This document shows positions 9,657 to 19,096 of a DNA stretch of 32,000 bases, piece after piece. The stretch comes from Candidatus Methanoperedens sp. Lineage in GTDB: Archaea; Halobacteriota; Methanosarcinia; Methanosarcinales; Methanoperedenaceae. The first letter of the stretch is position 1. Every line of letters begins with the position of its first letter. The translations under genes and the position numbers were made by a program. The notes under the pieces were generated by a model. That model made no database searches and was not told where the DNA came from. It saw only the letters and a program-made list of their open reading frames with translations. Location: contig JAPZAR010000024.1 in the NCBI GenBank assembly GCA_027460535.1, positions 30,001 to 62,000 on the forward strand. The letters are read 5' to 3'.

Positions 9657-9690
9657 TGCCTGTACTTGAATTGCATTCTATTTATAATCA

Positions 9691-9776
9691 TTGCTGATGC
9701 TTCGGGCCCAGTGCTGCTGCTGCCGATGAAAAGGGTTAAGGAAGGGACGAGGGTTGGGTGATTTTTTACGACTTTG
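9691..9776. repeat. Direct repeat copy B: diverged duplicate of the metG 3' end
   Basis: It keeps the frame and the stop: ADASGPVLLLPMKRVKEGTRVG* versus met[24 protein letters not shown]. It also keeps the T-tract (six T). The offset from copy A is 716 nt. Confidence 0.8.
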
Positions 9777-9780
9777 CCAA

Positions 9781-9840
9781 TTGTCTCAAAAATACTTTCA
9801 TTTTTCGTTTCATATTGTGACTAAAATTCCATTGAGACAA
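9781..9840. repeat. 9-bp perfect inverted repeat (TTGTCTCAA ... TTGAGACAA) around a 42-nt AT-rich spacer
   Basis: The arms are at 9781-9789 and 9832-9840, starting 4 nt after repeat copy B. The flanking CC...GG residues extend the symmetry imperfectly. Confidence 0.5.
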
Positions 9841-9914
9841 CGGTTAACGAAGCGGTTTAAATGAAAAAACAGATAAATATATAAATATTTGTTACCATTT
9901 AGAATAAATATTAA

Positions 9915-10472
9915 TTTGCATATATAAACAATGGAAAAGAAAAAGATAGACCGTGGTATAAAGATATTTCATTAGTTATAGCCGTTATTTCATTAGTTAT
10001 ATCCGATATTCTTGCAGTAAATGAATTAAAACCCTTTGAACTCAATGTTTATGCTAACGGGGTATATGTTACTCCTAATTCTAAGGGTGAAACAGATATT
10101 TTAAATTTGATTGTCCCAATCGAATTCGTAAATAGAGGAAGTAAAGCCGGAGTTATTGATGAAGTATATCTAATTGTGAATTATCAAAACATGAATATAA
10201 AATATGAACCTCTGGTGGAATTAGATTTATCTGATTTACTAAAATATCGACAGTAAAATGTGAATTATGTTGCAACGACGCCATACTTACCTTTTTTATT
10301 AGAAGGTAATACAGAAAAGAGCAAAACCATTTTATTTTTTTCAGAGTCTGGCGTATCAACTATGAAAATTCTCCCTGGCAACTACACTATAAACATTTAT
10401 ATTAAGACTCAAAATGATAACAAAGCAATCAATATGGGAACAATTAGTATTTTTATAGATACGATACCATAA
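9915..10472 (+). pseudogene. Decayed gene for a small TM-anchored beta-rich protein (start out of frame, in-frame TAA)
   Basis: One frame is open from 9915 to 10472 except for a TAA at 10254-10256. It reads ...PWYKDISLVIAVISLVISDILAVNELKPFELNVYANGVY...LLKYRQ*NVNYVATTPYLPFLLEGNTEKSK...ISIFIDTIP. The only plausible ATG (9931, MEKKKIDRGIKIFH*) is in another frame. There is also an in-frame 21-nt duplication (16-nt cores at 9965-9980 and 9986-10001). Confidence 0.45.
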
Positions 10473-10701
10473 TTAAACATCAAAAACAATATATTACTTA
10501 TATTTTAAATAATAATCGTTGGATTTTTAACATGGCACCTCCAAACACAAGTTAATTTTTGACTAATCGCCATGTTTTTCTCTATCATCCCTATCTATTA
10601 TTTTATTCAAGATTTTAATCCGTCCGGCGACTTATGCAAATTTTTCTATATTTTCTTGCCTCATTTTGCCGACAAAGCCAAACAACGAATAAACGATAGA
10701 G

Positions 10702-10851
10702 CCCCTCACACACCCCCGTGCCAATGCCCCACCGATTCAGAGCTGAGCGACAATTAATCCAAAACAAACCTCTTCGCTCACAAATAGGGGATAGAACAAT
10801 CCTATCATCTCCTCGGATAGCAAAAGGGGGCAATCAGAAACATCGGAGGGG
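10702..10851. ncRNA. Candidate structured RNA or element of unknown class (GC-rich island in AT-rich spacer)
   Basis: Nested complementarity: CCCCTC 10702-10707 with GAGGGG 10846-10851; CCCCC 10713-10717 with GGGGG 10826-10830; TGAGCGA 10744-10750 with TCGCTCA 10774-10780; CTATC 10802-10806 can pair with either GATAG 10790-10794 or GATAG 10816-10820. The overlapping ORFs on both strands have non-protein-like composition. The strand is undetermined. Confidence 0.25.
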
Positions 10852-10969
10852 ATGGATGCGATGCCGAATGCCCCAACGATAATATAATTGTCTTTGCTTA
10901 TAAATATTTTCTACATTGTCATGATCTCTTTTGCATACTTATAAATTATTTCACATTATAGGGATTTGT

Positions 10970-11593
10970 ATGCAGGTTATTAAACTAAACAATTCTCCCT
11001 ACGATGCGAACGCGTACCTGGTGGATGGAACAATACTTATTGATGCGGGCATGGATTCCGGATCGATAATCGCCCAGCTTGGAAAATATATTGGACCTGA
11101 AGAACTTGAGACTATTATTCTCACACACTGCCATTATGACCATTCCGCTGGAGCAAAAGGTGTCGCCGAAGCAACAGGCGCGAAAATTGCCATCCACAGG
11201 GACGATGCCCCGCTCCTTAACAGCCCACGTTCCAGCGCTTCAGACCTCTTTGGTATGAGACCCCCGGAAATTACCCCCGATATCCTTCTGGAGGGAGGCG
11301 AGGTCTTTGGAGAACTTGAGGTGCTCCATACTCCCGGGCACACCCCGGGTGGCATATGCCTCTACAGCGCCGTCTCAAAAATACTTTTTTCAGGAGACAC
11401 CGTATTCCAGGACGGGGGCTTCGGACGCACCGACCTGCACGGTGGAAATACACAACAGTTGATCGAATCAATAAGAAAGCTTACCCACCTTGATGTCAGC
11501 ATTATGTATCCCGGGCATGGTGATACTGTGATGAAAGATGCTAATGAACAGATAGGATTGTCTTTGATCATGGCCGAACAGTACTCAGATTAG
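10970..11593 (+). CDS. Metallo-beta-lactamase-fold hydrolase (glyoxalase II-like)
   Basis: ATG 10970 gives MQVIKLNNSPYDANAYLV. Metal-binding motifs are present: LTHCHYDHSAGA (HxHxDH), HTPGHTPG and GDTVF...GR.D. The length is about 207 aa. Confidence 0.8.
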   Translation: MQVIKLNNSPYDANAYLVDGTILIDAGMDSGSIIAQLGKYIGPEELETIILTHCHYDHSAGAKGVAEATGAKIAIHRDDAPLLNSPRSSASDLFGMRPPEITPDILLEGGEVFGELEVLHTPGHTPGGICLYSAVSKILFSGDTVFQDGGFGRTDLHGGNTQQLIESIRKLTHLDVSIMYPGHGDTVMKDANEQIGLSLIMAEQYSD

Positions 11594-11632
11594 GACAGAT
11601 TTCATCCTGGCCGCAGGATAAAACCAATATGC

Positions 11633-12658
<1,026 letters not shown>

Positions 12659-14026
12659 GTGCAAATGCACAGTGATATTCCCGCAGAAGGTCCTCCTGTG
12701 TCCAGGGGGATCCTTAAATCTGACCAGACCCAGGTGCTGACAAGACTGGGAGATATGCATGCCCCAAATGTGGGGCTTCCGAAAATCGCAGACGTGAGGG
12801 AATACAACTATTGCTGTTCCTGCGGCACATGTGAGGCCATATGCCCTGTGAATGCACCTGTGGTCCGTAGGGAACCTTTGGATGCCACAAAGGATAAGAA
12901 CAATTATAGAAAAGTGGAGTTGAAGACAGAAGTCCTTTTCCAGGGAAACAGTCCTTTCAAGAACGAAGCGAATCCCTGTGTTCAGTGCTATGCATGCGAA
13001 AGGGTGTGCCCGCTGCTCGATGGTTTTCCGGTAGACGAGTTCAACAACATTAGAACTATGAAAGCCGGGAAGAGCAAGACCCTTCATGGCCAGGACGGTG
13101 CTGTTGTATCGCAGATATTGAAATCGCTGCTGGAGCAGGGGGAGATTGATTGTGCTATCGGCGTGGTCAGAAATGACAAATGGTCCACAAAGATAGTTAC
13201 ATTCACAAGCCCCGAAGATGTTGCCCGGGCGAGCGGCACAAAATACACTTATCAACCGGTCGTGGCCACGATGCGGGATATCCATCGGGCATACATAGAT
13301 TCCGCGGAATCACCCCTCATTTCACATGATGGCTCCATGCAGGAAGCACACAGGACTTTCATCGAACCCATCAAGAATGCCCTGAAGAAATATAAGAAAG
13401 TGGCTCTGGTGGGAGTACCATGCCAGGTGCATGGGGCGCATCTCTTCAGGGAGAATTTCAACAGGATAGAATTGATAATAGGTCTCATCTGCATGGAAAG
13501 CTTTTCAGAAGAGATCATGTTCTCCGAGGTTATACCGAAGATCATGGGCGTTGATGTCAGGGATGTCGTGAAGATGAATTTCCATAAAGGGAATTTCATT
13601 GTCGAGACTACCAAAGAGACAAAGGAAGTGCCAATTAAAGTCGTTGCCCCAATGGCGCGACATGGATGCCACTTCTGCCAGGATTATACATCGTATTATG
13701 CAGATATATCCGTGGGCTCAGTTGGCTCAGATGACGGATGGAGCACCATATTCACAAGGACGGAGAAAGGGGAGAAGTACCTCAACAAGGTTACTGATAT
13801 AGAGTATTCAGATAAACCTATAGTTCTCGACATCGTCAAGAAGCTTGCTGCCATGAAGCACAAAAACAATAAATGGGATTGGCGAGCCTTCCTGAAAGAG
13901 ATATGGAGCCGCGATGATCCTATCAGACCATGGGGTGCGGAAAAGATCGCAAAAATACCGCCTCCCCCGCCGCCACCTCCACCAAAACCGGCGGCAGAAC
14001 AGCCAGCGGTAAAGAAAGAAGAATAA
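12659..14026 (+). CDS. FrhB/FdhB-family F420-binding iron-sulfur flavoprotein, FpoF/FqoF-like, with a polyproline tail
   Basis: GTG 12659 lies 6 nt after GGAGGA; the alternative is ATG 12665. Two ferredoxin-type cluster motifs are present (CCSCGTCEAICPVN; CVQCYACERVCPLL), followed by FrhB/FdhB N and C blocks (LHGQDGAVVSQILKSLLEQGEIDCAIGV; VALVGVPCQVHGAHL; CHFCQDYTSYYADISVGSVG). The tail is IPPPPPPPPPKPAAEQPAVKKEE. Confidence 0.65.
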   Translation: MQMHSDIPAEGPPVSRGILKSDQTQVLTRLGDMHAPNVGLPKIADVREYNYCCSCGTCEAICPVNAPVVRREPLDATKDKNNYRKVELKTEVLFQGNSPFKNEANPCVQCYACERVCPLLDGFPVDEFNNIRTMKAGKSKTLHGQDGAVVSQILKSLLEQGEIDCAIGVVRNDKWSTKIVTFTSPEDVARASGTKYTYQPVVATMRDIHRAYIDSAESPLISHDGSMQEAHRTFIEPIKNALKKYKKVALVGVPCQVHGAHLFRENFNRIELIIGLICMESFSEEIMFSEVIPKIMGVDVRDVVKMNFHKGNFIVETTKETKEVPIKVVAPMARHGCHFCQDYTSYYADISVGSVGSDDGWSTIFTRTEKGEKYLNKVTDIEYSDKPIVLDIVKKLAAMKHKNNKWDWRAFLKEIWSRDDPIRPWGAEKIAKIPPPPPPPPPKPAAEQPAVKKEE

Positions 14027-14027
14027 T

Positions 14028-14540
14028 ATGCGACGAGGACTCTACCTGGGAAGATTCCAGCCCTATCACCTGGGGCACCATGCGGTCTTAAAGCAGATAG
14101 CTCAGGAAGTGGACGAGATCATTGTCGGGATAGGAAGCGCTCAGAAAAGCCATGAGAAAGAGAACCCATTCACAGCGGGCGAGAGGGTGCTCATGGTCTC
14201 AAGGGCGCTTGAAGAATTCGATATAAAACATTATGTCATACCCATAGAGGATATTCAGCGAAACTCGCTGTGGGTATCCCATGTGAAGTCCATGGTACCT
14301 ACGTTCGAAATAGCCTATACCAACAATCCGCTCGTAATAGAATTGCTGAGCGAAGCCGGTATCGAAGTCAAGCAGTCTCCTCTTTTTCACAGGAATAACT
14401 ACTCAGGAACCGAGATAAGGCGAAGGATGCTTGAAGGGGATAAATGGGAGCATTTTGTCCCCAGGAAGGTGGTTGAGATCATCCGGGGAATTGACGGGGA
14501 AAAAAGGCTGAGAACAATAGTCCAATCAGACCAGGATTGA
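14028..14540 (+). CDS. nadM: Nicotinamide-nucleotide adenylyltransferase (archaeal type)
   Basis: 170 aa. MRRGLYLGRFQPYHLGHHAVLKQI carries the (H/T)xGH nucleotidyltransferase motif, and ...SGTEIRRRM is the ISSTxxR-type motif. The start is 1 nt after the preceding stop. Confidence 0.9.
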   Translation: MRRGLYLGRFQPYHLGHHAVLKQIAQEVDEIIVGIGSAQKSHEKENPFTAGERVLMVSRALEEFDIKHYVIPIEDIQRNSLWVSHVKSMVPTFEIAYTNNPLVIELLSEAGIEVKQSPLFHRNNYSGTEIRRRMLEGDKWEHFVPRKVVEIIRGIDGEKRLRTIVQSDQD

Positions 14541-14545
14541 GATAA

Positions 14546-15268
14546 TCAACTCTCTTCCATTTCCAGAGCTTCGCGCAATGTAAAATTCCCTACATACAGG
14601 GCAGCGCCAACCACAACGCCTTTTGCCCCGGTTCCTTTTATAGCTGCAATATCCGAAAGAGTAGTAATGCCACCAGATGCTATTACAGGTATGTTCAGCG
14701 CCTTTGCAAGTTCTCTGGTCGGTGCGGGGTTTACTCCTTTCAGAAGCCCTTCAGTATTGATATCCGTAAAAAGAATGCTCCCGGCCCCGAGTTCCTCGAA
14801 CCTTTTGCCGAGCTCAACCGCCGTATAAGCTACACTCTTTGCCCAGCCGTGAGTAGTTACCTTCCCGTTTTTGGAATCAAGGGCTACCATGACCCGCTTT
14901 CCGCCGAATTCGTGTGCGAGGTCTTCCACAATAGAAGGATTGTTTACAGCAGCAGTGCCCAGGATAACCCTGTCCACGCCAATATTAAGGAATCCTGCAG
15001 CATCCTCTTTTGACCTTATTCCCCCGCCTACCTGTGTTTCAACGCTGTAATTACCTACTATGGATCGGATTATTGGGCTGTTCAAACGTTTTCCCTCTAT
15101 GGCGCCGTCAAGGTCGATGAGATGAAGCACGCCTGCCCCCTCGGTTACCCATTTTGAGGCCACAGCAAGAGGATCGTCAAGAGAAACGCGCTCGGTGCCC
15201 GGGATACCCTGGACTAATGAGACACATTTTTTATTTTTCAGGTCGATGGCAGGGATCACTTTGAACAT
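14546..15268 (-). CDS. hisA: ProFAR isomerase HisA
   Basis: ORF 14546..15316 starts at a GTG. I chose ATG 15268, which gives MFKVIPAIDLKNKKCVSLVQG, the canonical HisA N-terminus. Later blocks are QVGGGIRS, DRVILGTAAV and IASGGI. Upstream alternatives are ATG 15277 and ATG 15307. Confidence 0.88.
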   Translation of the reverse strand: MFKVIPAIDLKNKKCVSLVQGIPGTERVSLDDPLAVASKWVTEGAGVLHLIDLDGAIEGKRLNSPIIRSIVGNYSVETQVGGGIRSKEDAAGFLNIGVDRVILGTAAVNNPSIVEDLAHEFGGKRVMVALDSKNGKVTTHGWAKSVAYTAVELGKRFEELGAGSILFTDINTEGLLKGVNPAPTRELAKALNIPVIASGGITTLSDIAAIKGTGAKGVVVGAALYVGNFTLREALEMEES

Positions 15269-15477
15269 TGCGGTCATCGACCCTATGGCGCTGCATGAAA
15301 TAAGCATTTCTCCCACTCATAATGCGCAGGAATATACTCTTGCATAGGTTGATTTCACCATGCTGAGGCAGATTTACAGAAGGTTAATAAATTCAATAGA
15401 TTTTTATACTTTGTAAGTAATGACATACTGTTATGGAACTGCCAGAAAATATTGCGGAGTTCCATGGAGGTCGAAGT

Positions 15478-16086
15478 ATGGCAATAAAGGCATTTAGAAA
15501 AAGGTATGCCCTTAATGCGATATTTTTAATCTTAATTTTTGCTGCTAGTATCCTGATAAGTGGATGCCTTCAATATAAACAGGCTATTGAAGCGCAGGAT
15601 AAACCACAAACCCAGAACAAAGAATTGATCCAAATAGCGCCTATAGAAAAAATATCCGATGAGCTCAATCTACTTCAATCGAAAGAGTGGGGCAGACTCG
15701 CTGCAAAACTTGGTCATCCGAGGGCTACCACATTGCTGTGGTATCACCTGAGAACAACCTATAGTATTGACACAAAAGTGATTTTTGGTTATCCCAATAA
15801 GGTCAACAATGCAAACCTTGCAATTATGGTAATAACAGGAGGGAACAGCTCCTTTCCAAACATCAATATAAAAGGAGTGAATTATTATATCATCGATCCC
15901 ATGACCCCTGCAATCATCAATGATTTCAAGGATTTCAAGTACGGCGACATATTCGATGACCCCAGGAACAACTATCTTTCAAGCTATTTCGGGCTATACC
16001 AGGAAGATGCAAGCATTATAGAACAATGGAACAAGGAAACCGGGGTAGGCATCAAATACACAGATTTCCCGGCAACGGTGAAGTAA
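15478..16086 (+). CDS. Hypothetical secreted or lipid-anchored protein
   Basis: ATG 15478 lies 7 nt after GGAGGT. The N-terminal hydrophobic segment ends in a lipobox-like ILISGC. No family was recognised in the mature part. Confidence 0.5.
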   Translation: MAIKAFRKRYALNAIFLILIFAASILISGCLQYKQAIEAQDKPQTQNKELIQIAPIEKISDELNLLQSKEWGRLAAKLGHPRATTLLWYHLRTTYSIDTKVIFGYPNKVNNANLAIMVITGGNSSFPNINIKGVNYYIIDPMTPAIINDFKDFKYGDIFDDPRNNYLSSYFGLYQEDASIIEQWNKETGVGIKYTDFPATVK

Positions 16087-16155
16087 CCGCTATCTTCATT
16101 TTTTTCATTAGTTGAAAGTATTAATTGGAGGGGTGCAGAATAAAGGTTATAATCC

Positions 16156-16701
16156 ATGCAGGCAATTCAGCCTGTCATGCAGCAAAGACGTGTTGTTAAT
16201 CTGAAACAGGACCTGAAGCTCTCCGGGAACGTATGGAAATTCGGAAATGACATTGATACAGACGCAATTATACCTGGCAAGTACCTGACGATAAACAAAC
16301 CCGATGAACTTGCTAAACATGCCTTTGAAGGGGTTCGGCCTGAATTCTCACGCAGCGTGAAAGAAGGAGATATCATTGTTGCAGGTTTTAATTTTGGTTG
16401 CGGCTCATCGCGCGAACATGCCCCCCTTGCCCTGAAAGGCGTTAAGATCAAATGCATCATAGCAAAATCTTTCGCTCGCATTTTTTTCAGGAACGCTATC
16501 AACATCGGTCTCCCGCTTCTTGAGTGCCCCGATACCGACAATATTGAAGAAGAAGATCATATAGAGGTTGATTTTAGATCAGGTCTCATCAAGAATGAAA
16601 CAAAAGAAGAGACCTATCAGGCCACGCCGCTGCCTGAGTTCGTCAGGGGCATAGTTGATGCGGGCGGCCTAATAGGTTTCGCTAAAAAAATCGTTCAATA
16701 A
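16156..16701 (+). CDS. Aconitase-family dehydratase small subunit (3-isopropylmalate / homoaconitate type, LeuD/HacB)
   Basis: Family blocks are GNVWKFGNDIDTDAIIPGKYL, GFNFGCGSSREHAPLALKG and IIAKSFARIFFRNAINIGLPLLEC. The start could instead be ATG 16177. No large subunit lies in the window. Confidence 0.8.
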   Translation: MQAIQPVMQQRRVVNLKQDLKLSGNVWKFGNDIDTDAIIPGKYLTINKPDELAKHAFEGVRPEFSRSVKEGDIIVAGFNFGCGSSREHAPLALKGVKIKCIIAKSFARIFFRNAINIGLPLLECPDTDNIEEEDHIEVDFRSGLIKNETKEETYQATPLPEFVRGIVDAGGLIGFAKKIVQ

Positions 16702-16738
16702 AAAAGTTTAAAAAAATCAGTAATATGCTCCAGGCATA

Positions 16739-17086
16739 TTACTGGCTTGTTTCGTATCTTTTCAGGATGCTAATGACCTGATTCAGCAAATTCTTTGACT
16801 CTGTGAGGTGCTTTGCACCAATATCTGCTGCCTTGTCCAGATTGGCATCCAGCAGAAGCAGATTTTCCTGGAGCAGATATATCAGGTACATCATTATACA
16901 CCAGTATACCGCAAGGGCCAGGAATGATAATGTCCCTATAATGACTAATTCATTGTAGATGAGTGCTGTAGACTGTCCAAGCGGCTGCAATATATTAATC
17001 GCAGACATAAAATTATAAAGAATTATGACTCCAAATATGATCGGTACAATCGTTGCAATAATCAGACTTTGTTTACTAAGCTTCAT
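16739..17086 (-). CDS. Hypothetical small membrane protein
   Basis: 115-aa ORF with two or three hydrophobic segments (LIIATIVPIIFGVIILY; IIGTLSFLALAVYWCIMMYLIYLL). No family was recognised. Confidence 0.4.
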   Translation of the reverse strand: MKLSKQSLIIATIVPIIFGVIILYNFMSAINILQPLGQSTALIYNELVIIGTLSFLALAVYWCIMMYLIYLLQENLLLLDANLDKAADIGAKHLTESKNLLNQVISILKRYETSQ

Positions 17087-17261
17087 TCAGTATCCTCCCG
17101 GAGTTTCCTCCTGGCTCCATTTTATGTTATCTATCTATTTAAGTATATCTAAATTTAAAATTCCCTCGGGATACCCGGTATTTTCCCTTGACCATGAATC
17201 CACAGCAAGCATTATATCAAGTTGAATTGATTTAACACAATTTAATTTGAGTTGATATGTG

Positions 17262-17786
17262 ATGTTATTTCCGAGCGGAACTCCCACGCAACCTGAAGTA
17301 ATTGCCGTTGCCTTATCCAAACTATGTCTTGAACCCACAGATATATTTGCAGATATTGGATGCGGGAGCGGGTCGGTCTCTATGAGCGCTTCTCGAAGAG
17401 TGAAGCATGTGTACGCCATCGATAACAGGGATGAGGCTATTCGCGCGTCGGTTGAGAACATCAAAGAATGTGGAGCGACGAACATCACATTTCTAAATGG
17501 TGAGGCTTCATTTCTTCTTTCCGGCCTGGATATCGACTGCGCATTCCTGGGAGGCAGCAAAAATATTGAACACGTGCTTGAAGTTTTAATGAAAAGAGTC
17601 CCAAGGTTCGTGGTGAGCGCGGCGAGGATCGAGACTGCTGCTCTGGCGCTTGGAATTCTAAAAGACAACAATAAATTCAGGGAATTATTGCAGCTACAAA
17701 TATCTAGAGGAAGTGAACTCGCAGGAGGCACCATGCTGAGAACCGAAAACCCTGTTTTTCTGATCGTGGGGTGCGGATCATGTTGA
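17262..17786 (+). CDS. cbiT: Cobalt-precorrin-6B C15-methyltransferase (decarboxylating) CbiT
   Basis: ATG 17262. It has the SAM-binding motif FADIGCGSGSVSM and a GTPTQPEVIAV N-terminus typical of CbiT. It is the first gene of the cbi run. Confidence 0.8.
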   Translation: MLFPSGTPTQPEVIAVALSKLCLEPTDIFADIGCGSGSVSMSASRRVKHVYAIDNRDEAIRASVENIKECGATNITFLNGEASFLLSGLDIDCAFLGGSKNIEHVLEVLMKRVPRFVVSAARIETAALALGILKDNNKFRELLQLQISRGSELAGGTMLRTENPVFLIVGCGSC

Positions 17787-19096
17787 TAGGCGTGGGTCTC
17801 GGGCCGGGAAATCCTGACCTTCTTACACTTGCGGCCATAAAGGCGCTCAAGGCAAGCAGGAAAGTTTTTGTGCCGGGAAAACTCGCCGAGGAACTCGTTG
17901 AACCCTATTCAAAAGCAGAGATCCTTGATTTTCCCATGATCCAGGATAAGGCAGAATTATCAAAATTGTGGGAACGTAACGCAGCGATAGTGGCTGAGGA
18001 GGCACGAAAGGGCATCGTCTCTTTTGCGGTAATTGGGGATCCCAACTTTTTTTCCACCTTTTCGCACCTTAGGAGGAAAATCGAGGAGAAATACCCTGAA
18101 ATCGAAATATCCACGATCCCTGGCGTTAGCGCGATAACAGCCCAGGCCGCAAAGACAAACACGAGCATTGACGGGTCCTTTGTTGTAAGCGACGGCTCAC
18201 CTGTAAGGACGAAAATTATCCTGAAAGCAAAAGATCCTGAAAAAATAAAAAATGAACTGGTGGAAGAAGGATTTATTGATATCGTCTATGCGCAGCGCCT
18301 TTTCATGGAAAATGAAAAAGTGACCAGAGATTTCCCGCAAAAAGGTGATTATTTCAGCCTTCTTGTGGCAAAGCGAGACAATGGTTCCAAAAAGCCTGTA
18401 TATTTTGTGGGTGCTGGCCCGGGCAATCCCAAATATATCACCGTGAAAGGGCGCGAACTTCTCGAATCTGCGGACCTGGTAATGTATACGGGCTCGCTCG
18501 TGAACCCTGACGTCCTGAATTATTCGCAAGGCGAAGTGCTGGACAGTCACGGCATGAAGCTTGAAGAGATCATTAATGTCCTTGCGAAAGGCGTCGAGGC
18601 AGGCAAGACCGTTGTAAGACTGCACAGCGGCGACCCTTCATTGTACGGAGCGATAATCGAACAGATCTATGGGCTGAGAAAACGAGGGATAGACATAGAA
18701 ATCATCCCGGGGGTTACCTCTCTTTTCGCTTCTGCCGCTGCCCTCAAGACGCAGCTTACGCTCAATGGAATAACGGAAACGCTGATCATCACCAGACCCG
18801 CAGGAGCGACGCTTGAGAGAGACTCGATAAGGGAACTATCCCGCCATAATGCAACATTGGCGATTTACCTTGGAACGGATAAACTGAGGAAGATCACGGA
18901 AGAAGTCGTATATCCAAAGGAAACGCCGGCTGCAGTGGTTTATCATGCCTCATGGGAAGATGAAAAGGTGGTTCTGGGCACTGTGGGAGATATTGCAGAT
19001 AAGGTCGAAGCCCTGGGGATCGATAAATCCGCAATGATTATCATAGGCAATGTGCTTTCTCCCGCGAACTACAGGAGGTCGCATCTTTATGGGTGA
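17780..19096 (+). CDS. Fusion of CbiL-like (C20) and CbiF-like (C11) tetrapyrrole methyltransferases
   Basis: ATG 17780 overlaps the cbiT stop (ATGTTGA). The N-terminal half reads [23 protein letters not shown]...[14 protein letters not shown]...[12 protein letters not shown] (CbiL/CobI type). The C-terminal half reads [35 protein letters not shown]...[18 protein letters not shown]...[15 protein letters not shown] (CbiF/CobM type). Confidence 0.75.
   Translation: MLIGVGLGPGNPDLLTLAAIKALKASRKVFVPGKLAEELVEPYSKAEILDFPMIQDKAELSKLWERNAAIVAEEARKGIVSFAVIGDPNFFSTFSHLRRKIEEKYPEIEISTIPGVSAITAQAAKTNTSIDGSFVVSDGSPVRTKIILKAKDPEKIKNELVEEGFIDIVYAQRLFMENEKVTRDFPQKGDYFSLLVAKRDNGSKKPVYFVGAGPGNPKYITVKGRELLESADLVMYTGSLVNPDVLNYSQGEVLDSHGMKLEEIINVLAKGVEAGKTVVRLHSGDPSLYGAIIEQIYGLRKRGIDIEIIPGVTSLFASAAALKTQLTLNGITETLIITRPAGATLERDSIRELSRHNATLAIYLGTDKLRKITEEVVYPKETPAAVVYHASWEDEKVVLGTVGDIADKVEALGIDKSAMIIIGNVLSPANYRRSHLYG

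Noticed and set aside
9570-9761. ORF 9570..9761 (+), 63 aa, ending ...GPVLLLPMKRVKEGTRVG
   Set aside because: Its C-terminus is only the duplicated metG tail read in the preserved frame. The upstream part is antisense to the small minus-strand ORF and looks non-coding, so it is a by-product of the duplication rather than a gene.
10572-10833. ORFs 10572..10757 (+) and 10615..10833 (-)
   Set aside because: They overlap each other on opposite strands across the GC-rich self-complementary element. Both translations are Arg/Cys/Pro/Trp-rich and unlike proteins, so I prefer a non-coding interpretation.
17135-17734. Minus-strand ORF of 199 aa overlapping cbiT, and similar antisense ORFs inside cbi genes, metG, the DHPS-like gene (26830..27462) and the S2P gene
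   Set aside because: In each case the opposite strand carries a gene with strong family motifs, and the antisense products have no recognisable features.
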